A DNA stretch of 64,000 nucleotides from Capsulimonadaceae bacterium (GTDB lineage: Bacteria > Armatimonadota > Armatimonadia > Armatimonadales > Capsulimonadaceae). The stretch lies in the NCBI GenBank assembly GCA_965215505.1, contig OZ244065.1, positions 1,376,001-1,440,000 on the forward strand. Direction: 5' to 3'. The notes under the pieces were generated by a model. The model made no database searches and was not told the DNA's origin. It saw only the letters and a program-made list of their open reading frames with translations. Shown piece after piece: positions 37,285 through 48,173 of this stretch. A program made the position numbers and the translations under genes. The first letter of the stretch is position 1; each line of letters opens with the position of its first letter.

Positions 37285-40200
37285 ATGAAGGCGATGACCC
37301 GTCGCGCCATGACCCGTCGCGCCATGACTTGCTTCCTCGTCTGGGCGTGCCTCCTCCTGATGGCCGCGTCTACGGCGGTTCGCGCCTACGACCCGCCGCC
37401 TAGCCCACGGGCGACCTACAACTTCAACCCTGGGTGGAAGCTGCTGGTCGGCGACCCGGCGGGGGCGGAAGCGGAGGGGTTCAACGATTCGGCCTGGAAG
37501 GACGTGACCCTGCCCCACGCCTGGAACGAGGACGAGGCGTTCCGCAAGGGCATCGCCGACCTCCCGACCGGCATCGCGTGGTATCGCAAGCATTTCCAGC
37601 TCCCGGCGGGCGGCGAGCGGAAGGCATTTCTGGAGTTCGAGGGCGTCCGGCAGGCGGGCGAGTTCTACCTCAACGGCAGGTTCGTGGGGCGGCACGAGAA
37701 CGGCGTCATGGCCTTCGGGTTCGACATCAGCCCTTTCGTCCGCCCCGCGCCGCAGGAGAACGTGCTGGCCGTGCGGATCGACAACGGCTGGCACTATACG
37801 GAGAAGGCGACCGGTTCGGGGTTCCAGTGGAACAACACGAACTTCTATGCCAACTACGGCGGCATCAACAAGAACGTCTTCCTCCACCTGACGGGCAGGC
37901 TGCACCAGACCCTACCGCTCTACTCGAACCTGGGTACGACGGGGGTTTACGTCTACGCACAGGACTTCGACATCCCCGGCGGGAGCGCGAAGATCACCGC
38001 CGAGGCGCAGGTGGCAAATGAGTACCCGGACGCGAAGACCTTCCACTACCGGGCCGTGATCGCGGACATGGACGGCAAGGCGGTCCAGACTTTGGACGGC
38101 GGCGACTACACGCTGGCCCCCGGCGAGAAGCGGACCGTGAGCGCGGCGGCGGTCGTGCCGGGCCTGCACTTCTGGAGCTGGGGCTACGGCTGCCTATACA
38201 GCGTCTACACCATCCTCGAAGTGGACGGGCAGCCCGCCGACGTGGTCAAGACCCGGACCGGGTTCCGCAAGACCGAGTTCAGCCATGGGGTGCTGACTTT
38301 GAACGACCGCGTCCTCCATCTGAAGGGCTATGCCCAGAGGACGACGAACGAGTGGCCCGCCGTCGGGCTTTCCGTGCCGCCCTGGATGAGCGACTTCAGC
38401 AACCGGATGATCGTCGAGGGCAACGGCAACCTCGTCCGCTGGATGCATGTGACGCCGTGGAAACAGGATGTCGAGTCCCTGGACCGGGTGGGCCTGATGG
38501 AGTCCCTGCCGGCGGGCGATGCCGAGGGCGACGTCAAAGGCCGCCGGTGGGACCAGCGCCTGGAGGTGATGCGAGATGCGATCATCTACGACCGGAACGA
38601 CCCGAGCGTCGTCTTCTACGAGGCGGGGAACAGCCCGGTGACCGAGGCGCACATGCAGCAGATGAAGGACCTGCGGGACACCTGGGACCCGCACGGCGGG
38701 CGGGCGGCGGGGTCCCGGAACATGCAGGGCAGTAAGGTCGCGGAATACGGCGGCGAGATGCTCTACATCAACAAGAGCGCCGGGAAGCCGATGTGGCAGA
38801 TGGAGTATTCGCGCGACGAGTCGCTCCGCAAATGGTGGGACGCGCTCACTCCCCCCTTCCACAAGGACGGCCCGCCCTATAACCGCAATCAGGACACGCA
38901 GGCCATCGAGAACGTCGTCCGCTGGCATGACTATTGGAACGCGCGCCCCGGCACCGGCACGCGCGTCAACGGGGGCGGCGTCAAGATCATCTTCTCGGAC
39001 TCCAACACCCATTTCCGGGGCGCGCAGAGCTACCGCCGCAGCGGCGCCGTGGATGCCGTCCGCCTCCCCAAAGACGCATGGTTCGCCGACCAGGTGATGT
39101 GGGACGGCTGGGTCAACGTCGAACACCCCCGCGCTTACATCCTAGGCCACTGGAACTACGCGCCGGGAACCATCAAAGACGTTTCGGTCGTCTCCAGCGC
39201 CGACAGGGTGCAGTTGTTCGTTGGCGGCAAGTCCCAGGGGTACGGCGCGCGGAGCAGCCGGTTCCTCTTCACCTTCAAGAAGGTCCGCTGGTTGCCGGGG
39301 ACCCTCCGCGCCGTCGGCTATGACGCCGCAGGCAAGGTCCTCTGTGTCACCCAGAAGCGCACCGCTGGCCCGCCCGTCGCCCTGCGCCTGACGCCCCGCA
39401 CCGGCCCTTCGGGCCTACGCGCCGACGGCGCGGACCTGGCCCTGGTGGATGTCGAGGTCATTGACTCCAAAGGAGATCGCTGCCCGACCGCCCTGAACAC
39501 GGTGAGCTTCGCGCTGACCGGACCCGCCGAGTGGCGCGGCGGGATCGCCCAGGATGACGCCCGGCCGGACAACTACATCCTGTCCAAGACGCTGCCCGTC
39601 CAGGCGGGCGTCAACCGGGTGATCCTCCGCGCCGGGCGCGAGGCGGGGACGATCACGCTCCGGGCGACCGCTCGCGGCCTATCGCCCGGCTCGGTCACGC
39701 TCGTTTCCCACCCGGCCACGGTCACGGGGGGATTGTCCCTGGGGATGCCGGACGCCGGGCTGGGGTCCTACTTGGGTCGAGGGCCGACCCCAGCGGGCGC
39801 TTCGTTTACCCCGTCCCGTCGGCCGGTGGTCATCACGGGCGTCTCGGCCGGCTCGAACGCCGACAAGGCGGCCCTGAGCTTTGATGATGATGAGTCCACG
39901 AGCTGGTCCAGCGATGGCAGCCGGGCGAACGCCTGGATTCAGTACCAGTTCGGGGGGCCTGAGACGGTCAGCCAGGTGGAGATGAAGATGGGCGCGTGGC
40001 GGCGGCGGTCGTACCCGGTCCAGGTCACGGTAGACGGCCGGCTGGTCTATTCCGGCCTCACGCCGCCGAGCCTCGGCTATGTGACGCTCTCGTTCGCGCC
40101 CGTGATGGGCAGGAGCCTGAAGATCGAGCTGGCGGGCGACGCATCCAGCAAAGACACCTTCGGCGTCATCTCCGAGCTGAACGCCAAGAGGGACTCGGCG

Positions 40201-40299
40201 GCGACCGGCGGCGATGCGAGAGCGGCAAGCGCCAAAGGAACCCTCAGCATCGTCGAGGCCGAGATCTACGGGCCGGTCGGAGGACGGATCGACCCATGA
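37285..40299 (+). CDS. GH2 glycoside hydrolase (beta-galactosidase-like, DUF4982)
   Basis: FNPGWK, VTLPHAWN, WYRKHF, FLEFEGV, DRNDPSVVFYEAGN, HWNY; start could be any of several ATGs at 37285-37324. Confidence 0.85.
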   Translation: MKAMTRRAMTRRAMTCFLVWACLLLMAASTAVRAYDPPPSPRATYNFNPGWKLLVGDPAGAEAEGFNDSAWKDVTLPHAWNEDEAFRKGIADLPTGIAWYRKHFQLPAGGERKAFLEFEGVRQAGEFYLNGRFVGRHENGVMAFGFDISPFVRPAPQENVLAVRIDNGWHYTEKATGSGFQWNNTNFYANYGGINKNVFLHLTGRLHQTLPLYSNLGTTGVYVYAQDFDIPGGSAKITAEAQVANEYPDAKTFHYRAVIADMDGKAVQTLDGGDYTLAPGEKRTVSAAAVVPGLHFWSWGYGCLYSVYTILEVDGQPADVVKTRTGFRKTEFSHGVLTLNDRVLHLKGYAQRTTNEWPAVGLSVPPWMSDFSNRMIVEGNGNLVRWMHVTPWKQDVESLDRVGLMESLPAGDAEGDVKGRRWDQRLEVMRDAIIYDRNDPSVVFYEAGNSPVTEAHMQQMKDLRDTWDPHGGRAAGSRNMQGSKVAEYGGEMLYINKSAGKPMWQMEYSRDESLRKWWDALTPPFHKDGPPYNRNQDTQAIENVVRWHDYWNARPGTGTRVNGGGVKIIFSDSNTHFRGAQSYRRSGAVDAVRLPKDAWFADQVMWDGWVNVEHPRAYILGHWNYAPGTIKDVSVVSSADRVQLFVGGKSQGYGARSSRFLFTFKKVRWLPGTLRAVGYDAAGKVLCVTQKRTAGPPVALRLTPRTGPSGLRADGADLALVDVEVIDSKGDRCPTALNTVSFALTGPAEWRGGIAQDDARPDNYILSKTLPVQAGVNRVILRAGREAGTITLRATARGLSPGSVTLVSHPATVTGGLSLGMPDAGLGSYLGRGPTPAGASFTPSRRPVVITGVSAGSNADKAALSFDDDESTSWSSDGSRANAWIQYQFGGPETVSQVEMKMGAWRRRSYPVQVTVDGRLVYSGLTPPSLGYVTLSFAPVMGRSLKIELAGDASSKDTFGVISELNAKRDSAATGGDARAASAKGTLSIVEAEIYGPVGGRIDP

Positions 40300-42881
40300 C
40301 ACATCCCGACGACAAAATGAGCATGGACACGCGCTGGCCCGACATCACGCGGACGATGCGCCCATGGACGCGCTGGTGGTGGCTCGGCAGTGCGGTGGAC
40401 GAGGCCGAGATCACGCGCCTGCTGGAAGAATACCGGCGGGCGGGCCTGGGCGGCGTGGAGATCACGCCCATCTACGGCGTCCAGGGGCTGGAAGCGCGGG
40501 ACATTCCATTCCTGTCACCCCGGTGGCTGGAAGTGCTGCGGCACACTTTGGTCGAGGCGCACCGCCTGGGCATGGGCGTGGACATGGTGACCGGCACGGG
40601 CTGGCCCTTCGGCGGTCCGAACGTGACGGACGAGGACGCCGAAGACAAGCTCGTCCTGGAAAAGACGCCGCTGCCGGGCGGTAGGGTCCTGGAATGGATG
40701 TTAAGCGGGTCAAGTCCCCAGGCGCTGGCCGCCGTCTCCGACCGGGACGAAACCGTCCAAATCCTCGGCCGCGTCGCGCCGGGCGGAACCGTTTCCTGGG
40801 CCGGGCCGCCGACGACCTGGACCCTCTACAGCGTCCGGCAGGAGTGGGCGGGGCGGCGAGTCAAGCGGGCCGCGCCGGGCGGCGAGGGCAAGTGCATCAA
40901 CCCGTTCTCGCGGTCGTCTTTGATGCACTACCTGGAGCGGTTCGACGAGGCCCTGCGCGACCTGCCGCCGGGCGCGGTCCGGTGCCAGTTCCACGACTCA
41001 TTTGAATACCTCGCCGACTGGTCTTCTACCCTTCTTGCCGACTTTGAAGCGCGGCGCGGGTATGACCTGCGGGACCACCTGCCCGCCCTGGCCGGGGACG
41101 CCGGGGCGGAGGAGTCCGCGCGGGTGAAGACCGACTACCGCGAGACGATTTCGGACGTGCTGCGGGAGAACTTCACCCGGACTTGGACCGAGTGGGTGCA
41201 TGGCAAGGGCAGCCTGAGCCGCAACCAGGCGCACGGCTCGCCGGGCAACCTGCTGGACCTGTACGGCACGGCGGACATTCCCGAAACGGAGGTCTTCGGC
41301 GGGGCGGGCGACCCGCGCGCGAGCAAGTTCGCCTCTTCGCCGGCCCACGTCCTGGGCAAGCCGCTGGTCTCCTCGGAAAGCTGCACCTGGCTGGGGGAGC
41401 ATTTCACGGTCAGTCTCGCGCAGGCGAAGGCCTCCCTAGACGGGCTGCTGCTGGCGGGGATCAACCACCTTTTCTATCACGGCACCGCCTACTCGCCCGT
41501 GGGCGACGCCTGGCCCGGCCGGCTGTTCTACGCTTCCACCACGTTCGCGCCGCAGGACCCGGTTTGGCGCGACTTTCCCACACTGAACACCTACCTGGCC
41601 CGCTGCCAATCCCTGCTCCAGTCCGGCTCGCCGGACAACGACGTGCTTCTCTACTGGCCCCTGCATGACCTGTGGCAGTCCCGGCCCGAGGCGTTCATGC
41701 TGGAGATCAACGGCAGGTGGCTGACCGAGGAGCCGGTCGGGACGACCGCGCAACGGCTCTGGGACGACGGCTGCGCCTACGATTACATCTCCGACCGGCA
41801 GCTACAACGGGCGCAGGCGACGGGCGACGGTGTCCAAATGCCGGGTGGGCACTACAAGGCGGTCGTCGTCCCTCCCTGCGCCTTCATGCCCGACGACACC
41901 CTACAAATCCTGGCTGACCTGGCCGGGCGCGGTGTCCCGGTGATCTTCGAAGGCGGGCTGCCCCAGGACGTTCCGGGGCTGGGTGATCTGCCTGCCCGGC
42001 GCGAACGCTTCCAGGCGGTGCTGGCGACGGCCACAGGCTTCCAAACCGGCCCTGACCTGGAACCGCTGCTGGCGGAAGCCGGGGTGCGCCGTGAAGGGGT
42101 CCAGTGCATCCGCCGTCATCACGCGGACGGACACACCTACTTCATCGTCAACACGGGGCAGGAACCGCTCGGCGGCTGGACCGCACTGGCGACGCCCTTC
42201 CGCTCGGCAGTCCTGATGGAAGCCATGACGGGCCAAACCGGCGTCGCCGCCGTCCGCCACAGCCAGGGCGAGCCGTCGGAGGTGTTCCTGCAACTGCCTC
42301 CGGGCGCATCCGTCTTCGTGCGGACCTTCGCCGACCGCGAGGCGGACGGCCCGGCCTGGCGACACACGGAGCCTGCCGGGGAGCCGGTCCCACTGGCGGG
42401 GACCTGGACGGTCGAGTTCATAGACGGCGGCCCTGATCTGCCGCCCCCCTTCCAGACCGACGCGCTCGGCTCCTGGACCGACCGGGGCGAGGCGGCGGAG
42501 CGGTTCAGCGGCACGGCCCACTACGCGCTTACCTTCGACGCCCCCCCGATGGCGGCGGACGGTTGGCGGCTTGACCTGGGCCGTGTCTGCGAGAGCGCCC
42601 GCGTGCGCCTCAACGGAGAGCCGGCCGGCGTGCTGATCGCGCCGCCGTTCCAGGTCGAGATAGGCCCTTTCTTGCCCTCGGGCAACGTGCTGGAGATCGA
42701 GGTGACGAACCTCGCTGCAAACCGCATCCGCGACATGGACCGGCGCGGGCAGCCGTGGAAGGTCTTCCGGGAAATCAATTTCGTGGATAGACACTATAAG
42801 CCGTTCGACGCTTCCGGGTGGCCGGTGCGCGACTCCGGGCTTCTCGGCCCGGTGCGGCTCGTGCCGATGAGGAGTATCTGA
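40296..42881 (+). CDS. GH106 alpha-L-rhamnosidase-like protein
   Basis: RPWTRWWWLGSAVD, GLGGVEITPIYG, GWPFGGP, FHDSFEY, C-terminal SGLLGPV. Confidence 0.82.
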   Translation: MTHPDDKMSMDTRWPDITRTMRPWTRWWWLGSAVDEAEITRLLEEYRRAGLGGVEITPIYGVQGLEARDIPFLSPRWLEVLRHTLVEAHRLGMGVDMVTGTGWPFGGPNVTDEDAEDKLVLEKTPLPGGRVLEWMLSGSSPQALAAVSDRDETVQILGRVAPGGTVSWAGPPTTWTLYSVRQEWAGRRVKRAAPGGEGKCINPFSRSSLMHYLERFDEALRDLPPGAVRCQFHDSFEYLADWSSTLLADFEARRGYDLRDHLPALAGDAGAEESARVKTDYRETISDVLRENFTRTWTEWVHGKGSLSRNQAHGSPGNLLDLYGTADIPETEVFGGAGDPRASKFASSPAHVLGKPLVSSESCTWLGEHFTVSLAQAKASLDGLLLAGINHLFYHGTAYSPVGDAWPGRLFYASTTFAPQDPVWRDFPTLNTYLARCQSLLQSGSPDNDVLLYWPLHDLWQSRPEAFMLEINGRWLTEEPVGTTAQRLWDDGCAYDYISDRQLQRAQATGDGVQMPGGHYKAVVVPPCAFMPDDTLQILADLAGRGVPVIFEGGLPQDVPGLGDLPARRERFQAVLATATGFQTGPDLEPLLAEAGVRREGVQCIRRHHADGHTYFIVNTGQEPLGGWTALATPFRSAVLMEAMTGQTGVAAVRHSQGEPSEVFLQLPPGASVFVRTFADREADGPAWRHTEPAGEPVPLAGTWTVEFIDGGPDLPPPFQTDALGSWTDRGEAAERFSGTAHYALTFDAPPMAADGWRLDLGRVCESARVRLNGEPAGVLIAPPFQVEIGPFLPSGNVLEIEVTNLAANRIRDMDRRGQPWKVFREINFVDRHYKPFDASGWPVRDSGLLGPVRLVPMRSI

Positions 42882-44806
42882 TGAGAGGCTTAACAAGACA
42901 TCTGACAGCGGCTCTGGCCGCGATCACTTTAGGGGCGGGCGGCGCAGTGCAGGCGGCAGACGCACCGGTGACGGTCACGGACGCGGGCGGCGTTTACACG
43001 CTGGCGAACGGGATCATCACGGCGCAGGTGGATAAGGCCTCGGGGCGGCTCCGCTCGCTGGTCTACAGGGGCATAGAGACGGTCGGCACCGGCTACTGGT
43101 CCCACACCCCTTCCGGCCCGGACGTGACCGACGCCGTCACGATCTCCCCGCAGGCGAACGGCGGCGAACGGGCGGAGGTTTCGGTCAAGGAGGTTTCGGA
43201 AGGCCGCCCCATGGGCGCGGGACCCGGCGGCAGCACGGTGGCAGACATCGAGGTCCGCTACGCGCTGGGCCGGGGAAGCTCCGGCCTGTACACCTACTCG
43301 ATCCTGGACCACAAGCCGAGCTACCCCACGACCTCCATCGGCGAGGCGCGCTACGCCGTCAAGCTCAACGACGACGTGTTCGACTGGATGACGGTGGATG
43401 CCGACCGGAACCTGAAGATGATCACGGCCTATGACTGGGACCACGGCATCCAGTTGAACATGAAGGAAGCGCGCCGCATGACGACGGGCATCATGAAGGG
43501 TCAGGTCGAACACAAGTATGACTACTCCGCCGTCCAGTTCGACACGCCCGCCTACGGCTGGTCCAGCACGAGCAGGCACGTCGGGTTCTGGATCGTCAAC
43601 CCGTCCGAGGAGTACCTCAGCGGCGGCGCGACCAAGCTGGAGCTGTCCGCCCACCGCGACGCCACCTTCACGAGCAGCCTGACCGCCCCCGCCGCGCCGA
43701 CCCTGCTGAACTACTGGCGCGGCAGCCACTACGGCGGCAGCTCGTGCGTCATGGCCCAGGGGGAGGAGTGGACCAAGGTGATCGGCCCTTTCCTGCTTTA
43801 TTGTAATTCTGGACCGAACCCTGATGCCGTTTGGAAGGACGCATTGGCCCAGGCCGGGCGCGAGGCGAAGGCGTGGCCCTACGCCTGGGTTTCGGGCGTG
43901 GATTACCCCCACAAAGAGGGCCGGGGGACGGCCACAGGCCAGGTGGTCCTCTCGGACCCGCAGGCTCCCAGGGAGAAGATGACTGACCTCCTCGTCGGCC
44001 TGGCCGCCCCCGACTACACGCCCGCCGAGGGCGGGCCGGTGGATTGGCAGACGGACGCCAAGCATTACGAGTTCTGGGTGCGGGGCGACGCCCAGGGCCG
44101 CTTCACCATCCCCAATGTTCGTCCCGGCGCGTACACCCTCCACGCCATCGCCGACGGCGTGCTGGGCGAGTACATGAAGGCGGATGTCACCGTTGCCGCC
44201 GGGCAGACGTTGGACCTGGGAAGGCTGACGTGGACGCCGGTTCGGCATGGCCGCCAGTTGTGGGACATCGGCGTCCCCGACCGGACGGCGCGGGAGTACC
44301 TGCACGGCGACAAGGGGCGGCAGTGGGGGCTTTATTTGCAGTACCCGAAGGACTTCCCTAGTGACGTCCACTACGTCATCGGCAAGAGCGACTACCACAA
44401 GGACTGGAACTACGCTCAGGTGCCGCGCGCGCAGGACGCGACGGGCAGCGGGAACGGCCCGGCCACGACCTGGTCAGTGTCCTTCGACCTCCCCGCCGCG
44501 CCGCACGGGCGGGCGACCCTCTGCCTCGCCCTGGCCGGGTCGAGCGCCCGGCACATCGCCGTGGCGGTCAACGACCGGCCCGCCGGGGACACCGGCCCCA
44601 TCCCGGACACGGCCACCATCCGGCGGGACGCCCTCCGTGGGTACTGGCGGGAGCGGGACATCACTTTCGACGCGGGTTTGATGAAAGCCGGGCCGAACGT
44701 CCTGACGCTGACGATCCCCGCCGGGGGCGTGATGAGCGGCGTCGAGTACGACTATCTGCGTCTGGAACTGGACGACACGGCGACGGTGGGGAAGGGCGTG
44801 CGGTAG
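42881..44806 (+). CDS. Rhamnogalacturonan endolyase (PL4-like)
   Basis: Signal peptide; HKYDYS, EYLSGG, KVIGPFLLY, FTIPNVRPGAYTL, YDYLRLE. Confidence 0.8.
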   Translation: MRGLTRHLTAALAAITLGAGGAVQAADAPVTVTDAGGVYTLANGIITAQVDKASGRLRSLVYRGIETVGTGYWSHTPSGPDVTDAVTISPQANGGERAEVSVKEVSEGRPMGAGPGGSTVADIEVRYALGRGSSGLYTYSILDHKPSYPTTSIGEARYAVKLNDDVFDWMTVDADRNLKMITAYDWDHGIQLNMKEARRMTTGIMKGQVEHKYDYSAVQFDTPAYGWSSTSRHVGFWIVNPSEEYLSGGATKLELSAHRDATFTSSLTAPAAPTLLNYWRGSHYGGSSCVMAQGEEWTKVIGPFLLYCNSGPNPDAVWKDALAQAGREAKAWPYAWVSGVDYPHKEGRGTATGQVVLSDPQAPREKMTDLLVGLAAPDYTPAEGGPVDWQTDAKHYEFWVRGDAQGRFTIPNVRPGAYTLHAIADGVLGEYMKADVTVAAGQTLDLGRLTWTPVRHGRQLWDIGVPDRTAREYLHGDKGRQWGLYLQYPKDFPSDVHYVIGKSDYHKDWNYAQVPRAQDATGSGNGPATTWSVSFDLPAAPHGRATLCLALAGSSARHIAVAVNDRPAGDTGPIPDTATIRRDALRGYWRERDITFDAGLMKAGPNVLTLTIPAGGVMSGVEYDYLRLELDDTATVGKGVR

Positions 44807-44807
44807 C

Positions 44808-47165
44808 ATGATGAAAAAGGCACTCCTGCTTCTGCTGCTGGCGGCCCTCGGCGCGTCGCCGCCGACCGCTTCTGCTCGTACCACCACGTCGTTTGACGCG
44901 GGCTGGCGCTTCCTCAAAGCCGACGCGCCGGGGGCCGAGCAGCCCGCCTTCAATGACGCGGCCTGGCGGACGCTGGACGTGCCGCACGATTGGAGCATCG
45001 AAGGGCCGTTCGACAAGGATGCGCCCGCCGGGGGCGCGGGCGCGTTCCTGCCCACCGGGGTCGGCTGGTATCGCAAGACCTTCACCCTCCCGGTCGCGGA
45101 CGCCCGCCAGCGGGTCTTCTTAGACTTCGACGGCGTGATGGCGAACAGCGACGTCTGGGTCAACGGCTTCCACCTGAGCCGGCGGCCCAACGGCTATGTC
45201 AGCTTCCGCGATGACCTGACCGGACACCTGCACTTCGGGCCGGGTCAGACGAACGTCCTCGCCGTCCGGGCCGACGACTCGCCGCAACCCGCCTCGCGCT
45301 GGTATGCGGGGGCGGGCATCTACCGCCATGTCTGGCTCGTCGTCACGGACCCGGTGCATCTGGGGCATTGGGCGACGTTCGTGACGACGCCGCAGGTCAC
45401 GTCGGCCCGCGCCGTCGTCCATGTCCAGAGCGCCGTCGTCAACGAGTCGAGCGCGCCGCGCACTGTCGCCCTTCAGGTCAGCCTCATAGGACCCGACGGT
45501 CGGCCCGCCGGGACCGCGCAGACGCCGGCGCGCGTCGTCCCGGCGGGAGGCACGGCGGAGGTCGGGGCGGACGTTCCCGTCGCCGCCCCTACCCTCTGGG
45601 ACCTGGACCGTCCCGCGCTCTACCACGCCCGGACGCGCGTCCGGGCGGCGGGGGCGACGCTCGATGACGAGGAAACGCCCTTCGGCATCCGCGATTTCGT
45701 CTTCGACCCCGCCCAAGGATTTAGCCTCAACGGCAAATCCCTCAAAATCAAGGGCGTCTGCCTGCACGGCGACGCGGGCGGCCTGGGCGTCGCCGTCCCG
45801 CTGGGTGCCTGGGAACGTCGGCTGACCCTGTTGAAACAGGTCGGGTGCAACGCCATCCGCACCAGCCACAACCCGCCCGACCCCGGTTTTCTGGACCTGT
45901 GCGACCGGATGGGGTTCCTGGTCATGGACGAGTTCTTTGACTGCTGGACAGTCGCCAAGACCCCCTACGACTACCACCTCTACTTCCGCGAGTGGTCGGA
46001 GGCGGACACCCGCGACGGCGTCCTGCGCGACCGCAACCACCCGTCCATCATCCTCTACAGCGCGGGCAATGAGATCCACGACACGCCGAACATCGCCGTC
46101 GCCAGGCCGATTCTGGCCTCACTGATTGCCGTTTACCACAAATACGACCCGACCCGGCCCGTCACGCAGGCTTTGTTCCGGCCAAACGTCAGCCATGACT
46201 ACGACAATGGCCTGGCGGACATGCTGGACGTGATCGGCACGAACTACCGGGACCAGGAGTTGTTGGCAGCCCACGCCGCCAAGCCAACGCGCAAGATCAT
46301 CGGGACGGAGAACGGCCACGACCGCGCCCCCTGGCTTGCCGTGCGCGACAACCCGGCCTACACCGGGCAGTTTTTGTGGACGGGGGTAGACTATCTCGGC
46401 GAGGCCCGCGCCTGGCCCACGGTCGGGGCCGGGGCCGGGCTGTTCGACCGGACGGACGCGCCGCGCCCGCTAGCCTTCCAGCGGCAGAGCTGGTGGGCCG
46501 ACGCGCCGATGGTCCGCATCGCCCGCCGCGTCGCCCCCGCGCCGACGACGCCGAACGACCCCGGCTTCACGCCGCTGAACCGCCGCCCGCAGGCGTTTAG
46601 TGACTGGACGCCGCGCGAGCTAGCGCCGCACACGGAGAACGTGGAGGTCTATAGCAACTGCGCCCAGGTGGAGCTGACCCTGAACGGCCGTTCTTTGGGG
46701 TCGCTGCCGCTGCCCGCCGACGCCGCGCCGCGCACCTGGCGCGTCCCGTTCGAGCCGGGCACACTGCGCGCGGTCGGGCGGAACGGCGCGGAACCCGCCG
46801 CCACCGACGAGCTGCACACGGCGGGGCCGCCCGCCAAGATCGTCCTCGCCGCCGATCAGGACATGCTTTCGAGAAGCTGGGATGATGTTGCTTATGTCAG
46901 CGCCACTGTCACCGACGCCGCCGGGGTGCCGATCCCGGACGCCGCCGACCTGGTCACGTTCCAGGTCGCCGGACCGGCCACGATAGCCGCCGTGGACAGC
47001 GGCGACCTGAGCAGCCACGAGCCGTTCCAGGCCACCCAGCGTCATGCCTTCGGGGGCCGGTGCGTCGCCATCCTCAAAGCCACGGCGTCATCAGGCCAGA
47101 TCACGCTGACAGCCTCGGCACCCGGACTCGCGGCGGCCTCGGTCGCGCTGCGGGTCAAGCCATGA
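44808..47165 (+). CDS. GH2 beta-galactosidase-like protein
   Basis: VPHDWSIEG, SRWYAGAGIYR, NAIRTSHNPP, RDRNHPSIILYSAGNE, GTE, WTGVDYLGE. Confidence 0.9.
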   Translation: MMKKALLLLLLAALGASPPTASARTTTSFDAGWRFLKADAPGAEQPAFNDAAWRTLDVPHDWSIEGPFDKDAPAGGAGAFLPTGVGWYRKTFTLPVADARQRVFLDFDGVMANSDVWVNGFHLSRRPNGYVSFRDDLTGHLHFGPGQTNVLAVRADDSPQPASRWYAGAGIYRHVWLVVTDPVHLGHWATFVTTPQVTSARAVVHVQSAVVNESSAPRTVALQVSLIGPDGRPAGTAQTPARVVPAGGTAEVGADVPVAAPTLWDLDRPALYHARTRVRAAGATLDDEETPFGIRDFVFDPAQGFSLNGKSLKIKGVCLHGDAGGLGVAVPLGAWERRLTLLKQVGCNAIRTSHNPPDPGFLDLCDRMGFLVMDEFFDCWTVAKTPYDYHLYFREWSEADTRDGVLRDRNHPSIILYSAGNEIHDTPNIAVARPILASLIAVYHKYDPTRPVTQALFRPNVSHDYDNGLADMLDVIGTNYRDQELLAAHAAKPTRKIIGTENGHDRAPWLAVRDNPAYTGQFLWTGVDYLGEARAWPTVGAGAGLFDRTDAPRPLAFQRQSWWADAPMVRIARRVAPAPTTPNDPGFTPLNRRPQAFSDWTPRELAPHTENVEVYSNCAQVELTLNGRSLGSLPLPADAAPRTWRVPFEPGTLRAVGRNGAEPAATDELHTAGPPAKIVLAADQDMLSRSWDDVAYVSATVTDAAGVPIPDAADLVTFQVAGPATIAAVDSGDLSSHEPFQATQRHAFGGRCVAILKATASSGQITLTASAPGLAAASVALRVKP

Positions 47166-48159
47166 CAGCCAGCATTTCAGGCGTCACGGCATGGCGCAGC
47201 ACTTCCCCGCGCGCATAGCGGTCGAACTCCTCGATGCAGTAATCCGCCAGCCGGTGTACCTCATCGTTGATCGAGCCGGCGATGTGGGACGTTACCTGGA
47301 TGTTGGGCAGGACCATCAGCGGCGAGTCGGAGGGCATCGGCTCGGGGTATGTCACGTCCAGCAGAGCCGTCAGGTCGGGCCGGCGGCTCATGGTCTCGGC
47401 GAGGTCCGCCTCGTTCACCGTCCGCCCCCGGCCCGTGTTGATGAAGACGCCCCCATCTCGCAATAGGGAGAGCAGCCCGCCATCAATCAGCCCCGCCGTC
47501 TCCGGCTTGTCGGCTAAATGGTTGGAGACGACAAGCGACTCCGCGAACGCCACTTCGAGCGAGACGCGCTCCACCCCCAGCTCCCGCGCCCCCGCGTCGC
47601 TCAGGAATGGGTCGTAGACGACGACGCGCAGGCGGAAGGGCCTGAGAAGATCAATCAGCACGCGCCCGACCGCCCCCGCCCCCAGCAGTGCCACCGTCGC
47701 ACCGTAAATGCCCGGCCCGCGAAACGCGGACCCACTGCTGCCGTGCGAGCCGTTATACTCCCGCCCGTTGCGCCAGTAGCCCTTGCACGCCAGCAGGATC
47801 TGCGCCAGGGCGAACTCGGCCACCGGCACCGCATTGGCTCGCCACGCGCTGACCACAATAATGCCGCGCGCCAGCAGGGGCGGCGCGAAGCCCTGGACGG
47901 ACCCGGCGGCGTAGAAGACGGCCCGCAGGCTGGGGAGGGCGTCAAGCTGCTCGTCCGTGAGCCGAGGCATCCCCCAGGTCGAGAAGAGGACCTCCACGTC
48001 GCCCAGCAGGGACAGGTATCGCGTGACATTGTCCGGCGGGACAACGCCAAGCAGCAAATCCGTCCGGGCCGCGACCTGTTCACGCCGCCCCGCGCCGTAG
48101 ACCTGCGCCACCGTGACTTCCGGCCCAATGAAGGCGCCTTTGATTCTTGCTTCTTCCAT
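47155..48159 (-). CDS. D-isomer-specific 2-hydroxyacid dehydrogenase family protein
   Basis: ANAVPVAE, LGAGAVG, INTGRG, LDVTYPEP, TSHIAGS. Confidence 0.88.
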   Translation of the reverse strand: MEEARIKGAFIGPEVTVAQVYGAGRREQVAARTDLLLGVVPPDNVTRYLSLLGDVEVLFSTWGMPRLTDEQLDALPSLRAVFYAAGSVQGFAPPLLARGIIVVSAWRANAVPVAEFALAQILLACKGYWRNGREYNGSHGSSGSAFRGPGIYGATVALLGAGAVGRVLIDLLRPFRLRVVVYDPFLSDAGARELGVERVSLEVAFAESLVVSNHLADKPETAGLIDGGLLSLLRDGGVFINTGRGRTVNEADLAETMSRRPDLTALLDVTYPEPMPSDSPLMVLPNIQVTSHIAGSINDEVHRLADYCIEEFDRYARGEVLRHAVTPEMLAVMA

Positions 48160-48173
48160 TTCAAGGCGGACCG

